From NCBI RefSeq assembly GCF_036321535.1, contig NC_087436.1, positions 25,050,001 to 25,114,000 on the forward strand: 64,000 nucleotides of DNA. The letters are read 5' to 3'. The notes beneath the pieces were generated by a model. The model did no database searches, was not told the origin of the DNA, and saw nothing but the letters and a program-made list of their open reading frames with translations. This document shows positions 13,044 through 25,309 of the stretch, in pieces; position 1 is the stretch's first letter, and the number at the start of each line of letters is the position of its first letter. The position numbers were made by a program, and so were the translations under genes. This stretch comes from Camelus dromedarius (Eukaryota).

Positions 13044-13567
13044 AATTAATTAATTAGTTAATTAATTATGGCTTAAGTATAATTAACATATAACATGTTT
13101 AAGGTGTACAGTGCAGTGATTTTATATATGTATATATTGCAAAATGCTTACTACAGTAAGGTTAACATATCCATCACCTCACATAGTTAAAATTTTTTTG
13201 TGTGGTTAGAACTTTAAAGATCTATTCTCTTAGCATCTTTTAAATATATAATACAGTATTGTTAACTGTAGTCATCATGCTGTATCTGAAATCCTTAGAA
13301 CTTATTCATCATATAACATAAATTATAACTTATAGTTTGTACACTTTGACCACCTTCACCCACACTTCCACACCCCACCCCTTGCCTCTGGCAACCACCA
13401 ACCTGTTCTGTATCTAGAAATTTGTTTTTTCAGATTCCACACAGAAGTGAGATCATACAGTGTTTATCCTTCTCTGTCTGACTCACACAACTCAGAATAA
13501 TGGCTTCATAGTTCATCCTTACTGTCATACATGGCAGGACTTTCTTCTTTTACATAGCTGAATAATA

Positions 13568-13619
<52 letters not shown>

Positions 13620-13720
13620 TGTGTATGTGTGTATATGTATGCCACGATTTCTTTATCTATTCATCTGTTGATGGACACAATTTGTTCCCATGTCTTTGCT
13701 ATTGTAAATAATGTAGGGTG
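13044..13720 (-). mobile_element. 5'-truncated L1 (L1MA-type 3' end)
   Basis: Antisense L1 3'UTR and ORF2 end (cagattccac...gagatcatacag). Direct repeat gctggaatt at 13035-13043 and 13721-13729. Confidence 0.88.
13570..13640. repeat. Compound (CT)n(GT)n microsatellite inside the L1
   Basis: Directly visible. Confidence 0.95.
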
Positions 13721-14694
13721 GCTGGAATTTAAATTCTAACGTTCCTGGGATTTCTGATTCAGAAGGAAGAGGTTAAATGCTAGGAAAGATCTTGACTCTG
13801 ACTTTAGATCTCTCTCTTGAACCAATCTGACCCAATAACTATATAGCTTAAGTATTTAATGCACTAGACTTGAACAGTTATTCTCTTTTTATAGATATAA
13901 CTGATTTTAATCATGCTGTTTATTCTAGTTGCTCTTCTAACTTTTAGTGAGATGGTATTAGTATCTCTTTAAAATTCTGATCCCCCATTCCCTACTGCCT
14001 GTTTCAGAAACACTGTTAGAAAGAGCTCTTTGCCTGCCTAATTCAGTTGAGAATTGGAGAGGCTTCTAAAAGTCCCAGGAGTCAGTCACAACAGCTTTCT
14101 ACCTTAGGTCTTTTTGGGGCACAGATCTGAACTCTAGCTCTGGGTTTTTAATATTAAGAGCTACTTTAAGTTCACTGCAATTTTACATGAATCATGTATA
14201 GAATTGGTTCATGATCACATAGTCACATGAATTTTGTGTTTCTATATGAATCAGAGTCTTTAGTTCTATTACTCAAGGAGGAGAAAATGCTGGTGGGAGC
14301 CTAGCATTAGCACCAAAAGATTGTTCTAAAATTCATGTTTTATTCCTGCCTTTTTCTATATCTGGTAATCACCAAATAGCCATTGTTAAGATGTCTCCTT
14401 TTCACACTTTAACAGTGGAGGAATGTATGGACTTGGTGAGATGTGTTTATATTTTTATATATAAATTTATGTGTACTTATTTGTATAAGCATATGTCATA
14501 GAACACATATTTTTACTTCCTAGTTTTTTTTTTCTTAGCCAACAAACTGAAAAAAAAAAGTTACAGGTTATAGATTCAAATTCATATAAAGAAGGAGGGA
14601 TAGTTGCTATGCCACCTAAGTTCATTTTTTCATTCCATCCTCACAGGAATTTTATGAAGTAGGTAATAAAATCCTAATTTTTCAGATTAAAGGT

Positions 14695-15020
14695 CACTAT
14701 AAATAAGGCTGGCTGTTATTAAAACAGTTTTCTGTGAATTCACCCAACAAACGTTAATTCTCATCCACAAATACTGAGGCAGAGTTTCCTAGTTGGGTAG
14801 GTTTGCTTCAGGTGGCCACTGAGGGGTCAGAATCCTTCCATTGTGTGACTTCACCATGTCTTGAAACTTTCACTGCCAGATGCACAGAGAGAGAGCAGGC
14901 TTGAAAAATTATTGAGAATATTTCAGGAACCTGCCCTTACATCATTTCTGCCCACATTGCCTTGTGTGATGTCAGTCACATGGCCAACCTAGCTGTGAAG
15001 GATGCTGGGAAGTAGAGGTG
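14695..15020 (-). mobile_element. Old MLT1-type LTR
   Basis: catcatttctgcccacattgcc...agtcacatggccaacctagctgtgaaggatgctgggaag motif. Confidence 0.6.
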
Positions 15021-15739
15021 CACACCGATAGGCTGAGCTCTAAGGGCCTCTGACCCCTTACACAGTTAGTAAGTTAAACTCCAGAAGCTTCAAAACCTGC
15101 CTTCGAAAACAGATTTGGCAAAATCACTATGAAATCCTATAGGGTGTGCCTTTGGACAATATGAGAATATCTCCAAATCTCTTCACAGGATTTTTGGTTT
15201 ATCAATTTATAGATTTTAAGATAGTTTATAATTTTTCTAGGGTTAATAATCAAAAAAGAAATGTGAACTTGGCTGACAAAATCTTCAAGAGGCTCCATCC
15301 TGAAAAAAATCTTTTTCAACCACTAATTGTGCTTTTAATGAAATACAGGTTAAATGATGAAGAGAAATGAACACAGGAATGTATTTATTGGTGCTTAAAG
15401 TAATTTTTCGATCATTATGAGATTTCTTGGTAAGAAGTTCTGGGAAGTTGTATGCACAAAACTTTGTACTTGTTATTCCAGTGTAGGTAGACCTCTCCAA
15501 ATTGCCATAACAACTGCAAAACTCCCTCCTAGTACACCACTGACTAGACCTTAAGTACTTGACACAAGAGTTTGTGCTTTAATACTACCTTTATTTTCCC
15601 AGCGACCACTGGAAGCTTTTAATTATTGCAATAGTTAGCAGTAATTTAGAGTCCTACTATATTTCACACAGCTAGTAACTTACCAAATGCAAAGGTTTGT
15701 AGCAAGTAAAGTGTATCATGTCTGCTTCACTAGGTGATT

Positions 15740-15935
15740 GTGGCCTAGTGGAAGGTACTGGGGTTTTAATCTTGGCCTGATTGTTTTGCTGTATGATCTT
15801 GGGCAAATTCTAACGCTGCAAGCCACAATTTCTTCACCTATAAAAGGAAGATACAAATATCTGACTTTTCTGGAGAGGCTTATATGGGGCTATACATGTA
15901 CATCACTTAGTACAGTGACAAATTGTTTCCTCAAA
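15740..15935 (+). mobile_element. MIR SINE remnant
   Basis: Core tgtatgatcttgggcaaatt...ccacaatttcttcacctataaaagg...cacttagtacagtg. Confidence 0.65.
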
Positions 15936-18900
15936 TATTAACTATAATAGTAATAAAACCAACCATTGTGGATGTTATTAGTATTACCTTAGTCTCATTT
16001 TTTTCCCCTGCAAAATAGAGATAATAACATTTTCACTGCACTGAGAAATAAATGAGCTATATATAAAATGTCTTACATGCAATAGGAACTTACTTGAAAT
16101 TATTTCCCTGTCCCTTCCTAGGCAAAACAGAACCTGAATTTCTCTCTTCATTCAGTTGTAGGATCTTGACACTGTTCTGGGTAAGTCCTTTACACTCTGA
16201 GAGTCCTTTAGATTCTGAATTTTAGAGAATATTTCTGGAATTTTTCAATGTTGAATAAGAGATGCTTGGTATTCAGTATTTCTTTGGCTAAGATCTTTTC
16301 CACAATCGCCTCCATTATTGGGTTATTGAGTTGGCTATACCAGTTGGAAACTATACCAATTGTGAACACTATGCAGTGTCCAGTAGGCAGTATCTTTTCT
16401 ATGTGTTTACATGGAGTTAGGTTTGTCTGACCCTAAAACCCATGCCTTTTGTATATCAAAATACAGAGATAAATTTACTTCCTGTTCTTTACCACATGTT
16501 ACATAGGACATCTATTTTCTGTTATGGGAGCTGTATAAACGAAAAGGGACTGATTTGTTGACACTCCTGGATTTTCTCTGTGCTGTGGTCATTCAGCATC
16601 CACATCATGCTACCCTGGCTAATGTTCATCGCCATTACCCCGGGCTATAACGAACAAGCACTCAATGATTTGGCAACAGCCTTAGACACCCAGGTCAAGA
16701 GGCTAGCTATCAGCTATCAGCTGCAGGCATTGACATTCCTACATCATCTCTGAGCCCTCAAATCAAAGATTTGTAACTGATGATTTGCAGAAAAGAAGAA
16801 ATGATGCCTGGAGAAAAAAAAAATCTCTTCAGATCTTTTGAATTCAAATTTACTTAATGCAGTAGTAAAATGTATCAATTTTTTTGCTTCTTGAATACAA
16901 ATAATGTTCCTCTCAGAATGTATGGTGTTCTCTACTGAACTGTTGGTTTTGCAGTACTAGGTTAAATGGAAATGCTCCACTGAACTGAAGAAAGAAGTGG
17001 ATCTGAGTAAATTTAGCCACATCTCTGCTTTAGTCTTAGAGTGGAGACTGCTCTTGAAAGCAATTCCTGCTGCCTTGACAATTTCCCTTTCTCTTTGGGA
17101 TTATGGAAATAGCTGCTACAGTAGAGTTGTTATTCTTCTTGTTCTGTATTGCAGTCTTTCTCCCCATCCGTGTTTCTTTCTTAATTAGGATTATCTGCCA
17201 TCTTTCACTACTAAAAGTGAGGTGAAAGCCATGATTCTCCAGGCTTCTAAGCAGCAACATGATCAGTAAGACCAGCTTCTGGCAGGAAAATGAAATTATT
17301 TTTAATGTTAAACAAAGTAACTGCAGGATTCCACCCGCAGCCCAGGTCTGACTGAGAAATGATAAAAAGAGGAAGTCAGGAGATAACTCTCTGATCAAAT
17401 GAATTGCCTTTAGACATGGCTTTTTTTAAAAAAAAGTCCCAACCCAAAAGCCACACAGCTGTAAGTCCAAGACGTAGTAAAAAAAAAAAAATGAGCCACT
17501 TATAGGAATTGGAGATCAGGAGAGCCTCATTAGGGACACAGAGAGGGGAAGCCACAGGAGGGCAGTTGTATTTTCCTGTGGGTGGGTCCAAACCATGGGA
17601 TGAATGCATTCTGAGAAATACAGGTTTGTTTGTTTGTTTGTTTTGGCATTGCCTTTGTTTAAGGAAGAAAACATCCCAGAAGACCCCAAGTACCATTTCA
17701 GAGAATTCTAATGTACTAAACGAAACTTGCTAATTTGTTGGGCAAGCTGTCTGACCTCTTCATATATTTTTATATTTACTGAGACAACTAACATGAACTT
17801 TTCTCATAAGTATCTGGAGGAGATGGGTGCTGATATAGTGAACTGGAGGAGCTGGATAAGACTGAAGGAAGGGGGCAATCTGGGGAAGATTGCATCGTGA
17901 GTCATTTCTCACAGGTGAGGCTGATTCTTGCTCTCCTTAAATTGCTACAGTGCAGGAATCAGCATGGCTGTGCCCTTGCAAAATGAATGAAGACCCACAG
18001 TCTTATTAATCTTCAAAGGGCTTTCATTTTCTCAGCATAAAAAGCAGCCTCGCTGGGCCAAAATTACCATCTCCTAACCACATAAAGACCTGCGCTTTCC
18101 TAGGAAAGGCAGTATTTAAGGAATGTAGATGAAAGTTCTTGATGTGTGTTTATGTGTGTGTTTATGCCTATCTGCACATTGCAAAATGTCAATTTAAAGC
18201 AATAGAGTGGAATATCTGTCCAATGCAGATAGCCTGCACCAACATCATTTTGTACCCCTATAGGGACCTTCCTTCTCTGGTTTGACAACATAACTTTGGA
18301 GAGATGATTTTGATTCGTCATTTCCTTATCTTTGATTCTTCCTTTTTCAGCTTGGCTTGAAGGTACTGCAACAACACTGTTGATGAAACATGCATGCGTA
18401 CACACACATACACACTCCTCAGTAGGGAAGTCTACAGGTAGTTTTGACCCGCCGTGCACGTCTTTCTTTCCCTGCTGATGTCGCCAGGTGATAATCCAGT
18501 AGGAAAATATTAGAATGTGTAAACTGGAGGGAAAAGCCACAGGGTAATCTTTAACCTCAGGTGAGTGCGGACCTGCCCCTCGCAGTCTACACAAGCAGTG
18601 CTGACAGGACAGGTAGCGGAAGGCAGTTACCACTGGGCAGAAAGTGGGGAGTATGTCTTAAAAGCAACTGTGGTCTGTAATTATTAGGGGGCTGACAGTT
18701 GCTGAACACCTTCCCTAGCGATCCCAGATGCATGTCTTAATCCCTTACTCAGGCAGAAAATAAACTACTTTACAACCATTGTACACAACGTAACTGGTTG
18801 CCAGCTTCCTGTTTTGTCACTCCTGAATATGCTGGGACTCTGGATTTAGGGTTAACCATTAAAAATACATTTCAACTCTTGAAATAGGTCTGCATTTATG

Positions 18901-19208
18901 GGTACAATCATTACTTTTTGGATTATGATATTTATGGAAGGGAAATGATGGGAATCTTAGATCTTGAGAGGAAGTCAGAGTTCCTCAGAAAAGTGCCCTA
19001 TAAATTCAGGGTATAATTATCTAATTATCTGGATCATGGTGTCTTCACTTCCATCCAAACAGGTTTCTAGATGTATGGTTGGAAATAAGAGTCACCTTGT
19101 GGAATGTCATCCTCAGGGCCATGGGAAATGTGGGTCCTGGAAAGGAAACACGTGCTGTTGGTGAAGACTCTCTTGCATGGCAAGGCACGATCTTTCAAGA
19201 TGTGGGCC

Positions 19209-19345
19209 AGGGAGTGTGCAGCTCAGTGGTAGAGTGGTGATTAGCATGCACGAGGTCCTGGGTTCAACCCCCAGTGCCTCCATTCAAACAAATAAATAAA
19301 TAAACCTAATTACCAACCCCCCCCCCCCAAAAAGGAAAGAAAAAA
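19209..19345 (+). mobile_element. tRNA-Ala-derived SINE (camelid Vic-1-like)
   Basis: Pol III A box (agctcagtgg) and B box (ggttcaaccc), Ala-AGC-like loop ttagcat, then (aaat)n, cctaattacc, a C-run and an A-rich tail. No TSD found. Confidence 0.85.
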
Positions 19346-19710
19346 CCTGCTTTCACTCAGATGGCATATCTTTTTTTTTTTTGAATATAATTTTTTTAAC
19401 ATTTTTATTGATTTATAATCATTTTACAATGTTGTGTCAAATTCCAGCGTTCAGCAAAATTTTTCAGTTACTCATGGACATATACACATTCATTGTCACA
19501 TTTTTTTCTCTGTGAGTTATCATAACATTTTGTGTATATTTCCCTGTGCTATACAGTGTAGTCTATTCTACAATTTTGAAATCCCAGTCTATCCCTTCCC
19601 ACCCTCCACCCCCCTGGTAACCACAAGTCTGTATTCTCTGTCTGTGAGTCTATTTCTGTCCTTTATTTACGCTTTGTTTTTGTTTGTTTGTTTGTTTTTG
19701 TTTTTGTTTT

Positions 19711-22700
19711 TTAGATTCCACATATGAGCGATCTCATATGGTATTTTTATTTCTCTTTCTGGCTTACTTCACTTAGAATGACATCCTCCAGGAGCATCCA
19801 TGTTGCTGCAAATGGCATTATGTTGTCGGTTTTTATGGCTGAGTAGTATTCCATTGTATAAATGTACCACACCTTCTTTATCCAGTCACCTGTTGATGGA
19901 CATTTAGGCTGTTTCCATGTTTTGGCTATTGTAAATAGTGCTGCTATGAACATTGGGGTGCAGGTGTCATCCTGAAGTAGATTTCCTTCTGGATACAAGC
20001 CCAGGAGTGGGATTCCTGGGTCATATGGTAAGTCTATTCCTAGTCTTTTGAGGAATCTCCACACTGTTTTCCATAGTGGCTGCACCAAACTGCATTCCCA
20101 CCAGCAGAGTAGGAGGGTTCCCCTTTCTCCACAGCCTCTCCAGCATTTGTCTTTTGTGGATTTTTGAATGACGGCCATTCTGACTGGTGTGAGGTGATAC
20201 CTCATTGTAGCTTTGATTTGCATTTCTCTGATAATTAGTGATATGGAGCATTTTTTCATGTGCTTTTTGATCATTTGTATGTCTTCCTTGGAGAATTGCT
20301 TGTTTAGGTCTTCTGCCCATTTTTGGATTGGGTTGTTTATTTTTTTCTTATTGAGTCGTATGAGCTGCTTATATATTCTGGAGATCAAGCCTTTGTCGGT
20401 TTCACTTGCAAAAATTTTCTCCCATTCCGTAGGTTTTCTTCTTGTTTTACTTCTGGTTTCCTTTGCTGTGCAGAAGCTTGTAAGTTTCATTAGGTCCCAT
20501 TTGTTTATTCTTGCTTTTATTTCTTCTAGGAGAAAATTTTTAAAATGTATGTCAGATAATGTTTTGCCTATGTTTTCCTCTAGGAGGTTTATTGTATCTT
20601 GTCTTATGTTTAAGTCTTTAATCCATTCTGAGTTGATTTTTGTATATGGTGTAAGGGAGTGTTCTAGCTTCATTGTTTTACATGCTGCTGTCCAGTTTTC
20701 CCAACACCATTTGCTGAAGAGACTGTCTTTATTCCAATGTATATTCTTGCCTCCTTTGTCAAAGATGAGTTGACCAAAAGTTTGTGGGTTCATTTCTGGG
20801 CTCTCTATTCTGTTCCATTGGTCTATATGTCTGTTTTGGTACCAATACCATGCTGTCTTGATGACTGTAGCTCTACAGTATTGTCTGAAGTCTGGGAGAG
20901 TTATTCCTCCCGCCTCTTTCTTTCTCTTCAGTAATGCTTTGGCAATTCTAGGTCTTTGATGGTTCCATATGAATTTTATTATGATTTTTTTCTAGTTCTG
21001 TGAAATATGTCCTGGGTAATTGGATAGGGATTGCATTAAATCTGTAGATTGCCTTGGGCAGTGTGACCATTTTAACAATATTGATTCTTCCAATCCAAGA
21101 GCATGGAATATCTTTCCATTTTTTAAAGTCTTCTTTAATTTCCTTCATCAATGGTTTATAGTTTTTTGTGTATAATTCTTTCACCTCCTTGGTTAGATGT
21201 ATTCCCAGATATTTTATTACTTTGGGTGCTATTTTAAAGCGGATTGTTTCTTTACTTTCTTCTTCTGTTGATTTATCGTTAGTGTAAAGAAATGCAACTG
21301 ATTTTTGAACGTTAATTTTGTAACCTGCTACCTTGCTGAATTCTTCAATCAGCTCTAGTAGCTTTTGTGTGGACCTTTTAGGGTTTTCTATATATAGTAA
21401 CATGTCATCAGCATATAATGACACTTTTACCTCTTCTTTTCCAATTTGGATCCCTTTTATTTCTTTCTCTTGCCTGACTGCTGTGGCTAGGACTTCCAGG
21501 ACTATGTTGAATAGGAGTGGTGATAGTGGGCATCCTTGTCTTGTCCCAGATTTTAGTGGGAAGCTTTTGAGTTTTTCACCGTTGAGTACTATGCTGGCTG
21601 TAGGTTTGTCATATATAGCTTTTATTATGTTGAGATATGTTCCCTCTATACCCACTTTGGCAAGAGTTTTTATCATAAATGGGTGTTGAATTTTATCAAA
21701 TGCTTTTTCTGCATCGATGGAGATGATCATGTGGTTTTTGTCCTTTCTCTTGTTGATGTGATGTATTACACTGATTGATTTGCGTATGTTGAACCAGCCT
21801 TGTGTCCCTGGGATGAACCCCACTTGGTCATGATGTATAATCTTTTTTATGTGTTGTTGGATTCTATTTGCTAAAATTTTGGTGAGGATTTTGGCGTCTA
21901 TGTTCATCAGTGATATTGGCCTATAATTCTCTTTTTTTGTAGTGTCTTTGCCTGGTTTTGGTATCAGGGTGATGGTGGCTTCATAGAATGAGTTTGGGAG
22001 TATTCCCTCCTTTTCAATCGTCTGGAAGAGTTTGAGAAGGACTGGTATGAGTTCTTCTTTGTATGTTTGGTAGAATTCCCCGGTGAAGCCGTCCGGTCCT
22101 GGACTTTTATTTGTAGGGAGGTTTTTAATTGCTATTTCTATTTCCTTTCTAGTGATCGGATTGTTCAAGTGTTCAGATTCTTCTTGATTCAGTTTTGGTG
22201 GACAGTATGTTTCCAGAAACTTGTCCATCTCCTCTAGGTTATCCAGTTTGGTTCCATATAGTTTTTCATAATATTCTCGTATGATATTCTGTATTTCTAT
22301 TTTGTGTGTTGTAATTTCTCCATTTTCCTTTCTTATTTTGCTAATTTGTGCTCTCTCTTTTTTCTTCTTTGTGAGTTTGGCCAGAGGTTTGTCGATTTTA
22401 TTTACTTTTTCAAAAAACCAGCTTTTGGTTTGGTTGATTTTTTCTATGGTCTTGTTAATCTCTATTGTATTTAATTCCTCTCTGATCTTTATTATTTCCT
22501 TCCTTCTGCTGCTTTTTGGGGCTTTTTGTTCTTCTTTTTCTAATTCATTCAGGTGGTGGGTTAAATTGTTTATTTGAGATTGTTCTTCTTTTCTGAGGAA
22601 GGCCTGTATCGCTATAAACTTCCCTCTTAGCACTGCCTTTGCTGTGTCCCATAGGTTTTGAGTGGTTGTGCTTTCATTATCATTTGTCTCAAGGTATTTT

Positions 22701-23509
22701 TTAATTTCAGCTTTGATCTCCTCATTGATCCATTGTTTTTTCAATAACATATTGTTTAATCTCCATGCTTTCCTTTTTTTCTCCTTTGTTTCTCTGTTGT
22801 TGATTTCCAGTTTCATGGCATTGTGGTCAGTAAAGATGCTTGAGATAATTTCTATCTTCTTAAAATTGTTGAGGTTTCTTTTGTGCCCAAGTACACGATC
22901 GATCCTGGAAAATGTTCCATGTGCACTTGAAAAGAATGTATATCCTATTTTTGGGGGGTGTAACGCTCTGAAAATATCCACCAAATCTAGTTTTTCTATT
23001 GTAATATTTAATTTCTCTGTTGCCTTGTTTATTTTCTGTCTGGAAGATCTGTCTAGTGATGTTAATGCAGTGTTAAAATCTCCAACTATGATTGTATTCC
23101 CATCAATATCCTCCTTTATCTCTGTTAGTAATTCTTGTATGTACTTAGGTGCTCCTATATTGGGTGCATATATATTAACGAGTGTAATATCCTCATCTTG
23201 TATCACTCCCTTAATCGTTATAAAATGTCCTTCTTTATCTTTCTTTATGGCCTTTGTTTTAAAGTCTATTTTGTCTGAAATCAGTACTGCAACACTTGCT
23301 TTTTTGGCTTTTCCATTTGCATGGAATATCCTTTTCCATCCTTTCACTCTCAATCTATATGTGTCCTTCTCCCTAAAGTGGGTCTCTTGTATGCGGCATA
23401 TTGAAGGTTCTTGCTTTATTATCCAGTCTGCCACTCTGTGTCTTTTGACTGGAGCATTTAGTCCATTAACATTTACAGTAATTAATGATAGATGTGTGTT
23501 TATTGCCAT
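19711..23509 (-). CDS. L1 ORF2p (APE endonuclease, reverse transcriptase, C-terminal domain), disrupted; about 1265 aa if repaired
   Basis: EN motifs NVNG, QETH, NIYAP, GDFN, RID, TDH. RT motifs [18 protein letters not shown]. The 853-aa and 348-aa ORFs join if one base is removed from the T7 run at 20985-20991. Premature TAA at 19747-19749, natural stop at 19711-19713. Confidence 0.96.
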
Positions 23510-23909
23510 TTTGAACTTATCTTTGCAGTTGAATTGGTATATCCTCTTTGTTCCTTTCTTCTTCCTTTTGTGGTTTGGTAATCTTCCTTTGTATTATCAT
23601 GGATTTTATTTAATTTTTGTGACTCCTTTGTAAATTTTTGGCTTGTGGTTACCCTTTTTTGTAAATCTGTCAACCCATTACTATAACTGTTTTTATTAAA
23701 CTGATAGTAACATGATCTCAAACCCATCCTACTGTTAAAAAAATTTAAAAAAGAAAAAAATATTCTATATTTCCCTGCCTCCCTCTCCCACTCTCAGTGA
23801 TTTGTATGTCTTCTTTTATAATTTCATGTTTACTTTATTTGTAATTCATGAGTTATCACCTTTCCAGTTGTGTGTTTCTCATTTCTGTAGCATCCTGCTG
23901 CTTTTCTAT

Positions 23910-24813
23910 TTAGAATAGCCCTTTCAGTATTTCTTTTAGCATGGGTTTAGTGTTGCTAAACTCCTGCAGCTTTTTTTTTGTCTGTGAAACTCTTTATTTC
24001 TCCTTCTATCCTTAAGGATAGCCTTGCTGGATAAAGGATCCTAGGCTGCATCTTTTTTTCATTCAGGGCTTTGAATATATCTTGCCACTCCCTTCTGGCC
24101 TGTAGCGTTTGTGTAGAGAAATCAGCTGAGAGCCTTATGGGGGTTCCCTTGTAACTTACTCTTTGCTTTTCTCTTGCTGCCTTTAGAATCATTTCTTTAT
24201 CCTTGACTCTGGCCATCTTGATTATGATATGTCTTGGTGTGGGTCTATTTGGGTTCTTCCTGTTTGGGACCCTCTGAGCTTCCTGTACTTGGATATCTGA
24301 TTCCTTCTTTAAGTCTGGGAAGTTTTCAGTCATGATTTCTTCAAAAACCTTTTCAACCCCCTTTGATCTTTCTTCTCCTTCTGGGACCCCTATTATGCGA
24401 AGATTGGGACGCTTTATATTATCCCATAGGTCCCTTATGCTATTTTCATTATTTTTTATTTGCTTATCTTGTAGTTCTTCTGAATGGGTGCTTTCTATTG
24501 CCCTGTCTTCTAGATCACTAATTCGTTCCTCTGCATTATCTAGTCGGCTTTGCACAGCTATTAGATCATTCCTCATCTCTGTCAATGAGTTTACCCATTC
24601 TACTTGGCTCTTCTTTATAGCTTCAATTTCATTTTTGACATATTTTATATCTCTAAACACTATCTCTTTTAATTCCTTCAGCAATTCGATCACTCCTTTT
24701 TTGAAATCTTGATCTAGTAGGCTATCGATGTCTATTTCGTTGATCTTTCTTTCAGGGGATTTCTCTTGTTCTTTTAATTGGGAAAGGTTTTTCTGCTTCT
24801 TCATCTTGCTCAT
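23910..24813 (-). CDS. L1 ORF1p (coiled coil, RRM, CTD), frameshifted near the C-terminus; 300 aa if repaired
   Basis: LWDNIKRPNLRIIGVPEGEE, PRHII, ARREW and YPARLS motifs. Removing one base from the T9 run at 23971-23979 restores KKKLQEFSNTKPMLKEILKGLF-stop. Confidence 0.95.
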
Positions 24814-25309
24814 ACCTCTTTGGCACTGTGGTTTATGGAGTATCAGTTGTTTATTTTGGTCCTTAAGGATTTTATCTATCTGATGCCTATTTAGGAATAG
24901 AACTTAGGAAAAAAAGAAAAAAAAGTAAGAGAGAGAGAAAGAATTTTAAAAGAAGGGAGAAAGAGGGTTTGAAAACAGTGTATAATGAATAATAGAAGAG
25001 TGAGTTGAAGCAGAGTATTAATTGGGTTGAGACGTCCTTTTGAAACCTTTACAAAAAAAGGGGGGGGGAGATGAATAGATGTATTTGAAACCTGTGTCTA
25101 ATCAATAGCAGGACATCAAAACCCAAGAGAAATAGAAATGAATTAAGAATTAAGTAGTAAAGATTAAGAGAGTAATAGAAAATAGAACAGGTGAAAACAG
25201 ATTAAAAAAAAAAGGCGGGGGGGAGGTTGTCGGTGTTCTCCTGGAGTCTGTGTGCTTTTAATGTGAAGTCTTTCTGTCTTCGTCCTGTTTTGAAAGCTCA
25301 GCTTGCTGT

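Noticed and set aside
16607..16753. 48-aa ATG ORF MLPWLMFIAITPGYNEQALNDLATALDTQVKRLAISYQLQALTFLHHL
   Set aside because: Looks protein-like but is short, unrecognised, and lacks convincing gene structure.
18100..18633. 177-aa minus-strand ORF
   Set aside because: GTG start, reads through CA/TG repeats, and has no recognisable domain.
19209..19285. tRNA-Ala gene
   Set aside because: The anticodon and acceptor stems are degenerate, and it is followed by a SINE body and A-rich tail rather than a T-run terminator.
20213..24712. Plus-strand ORFs of 98-323 aa (20213, 21333, 22281, 22662, 24332)
   Set aside because: Antisense shadows of the A-rich L1 ORFs, giving hydrophobic low-complexity translations.
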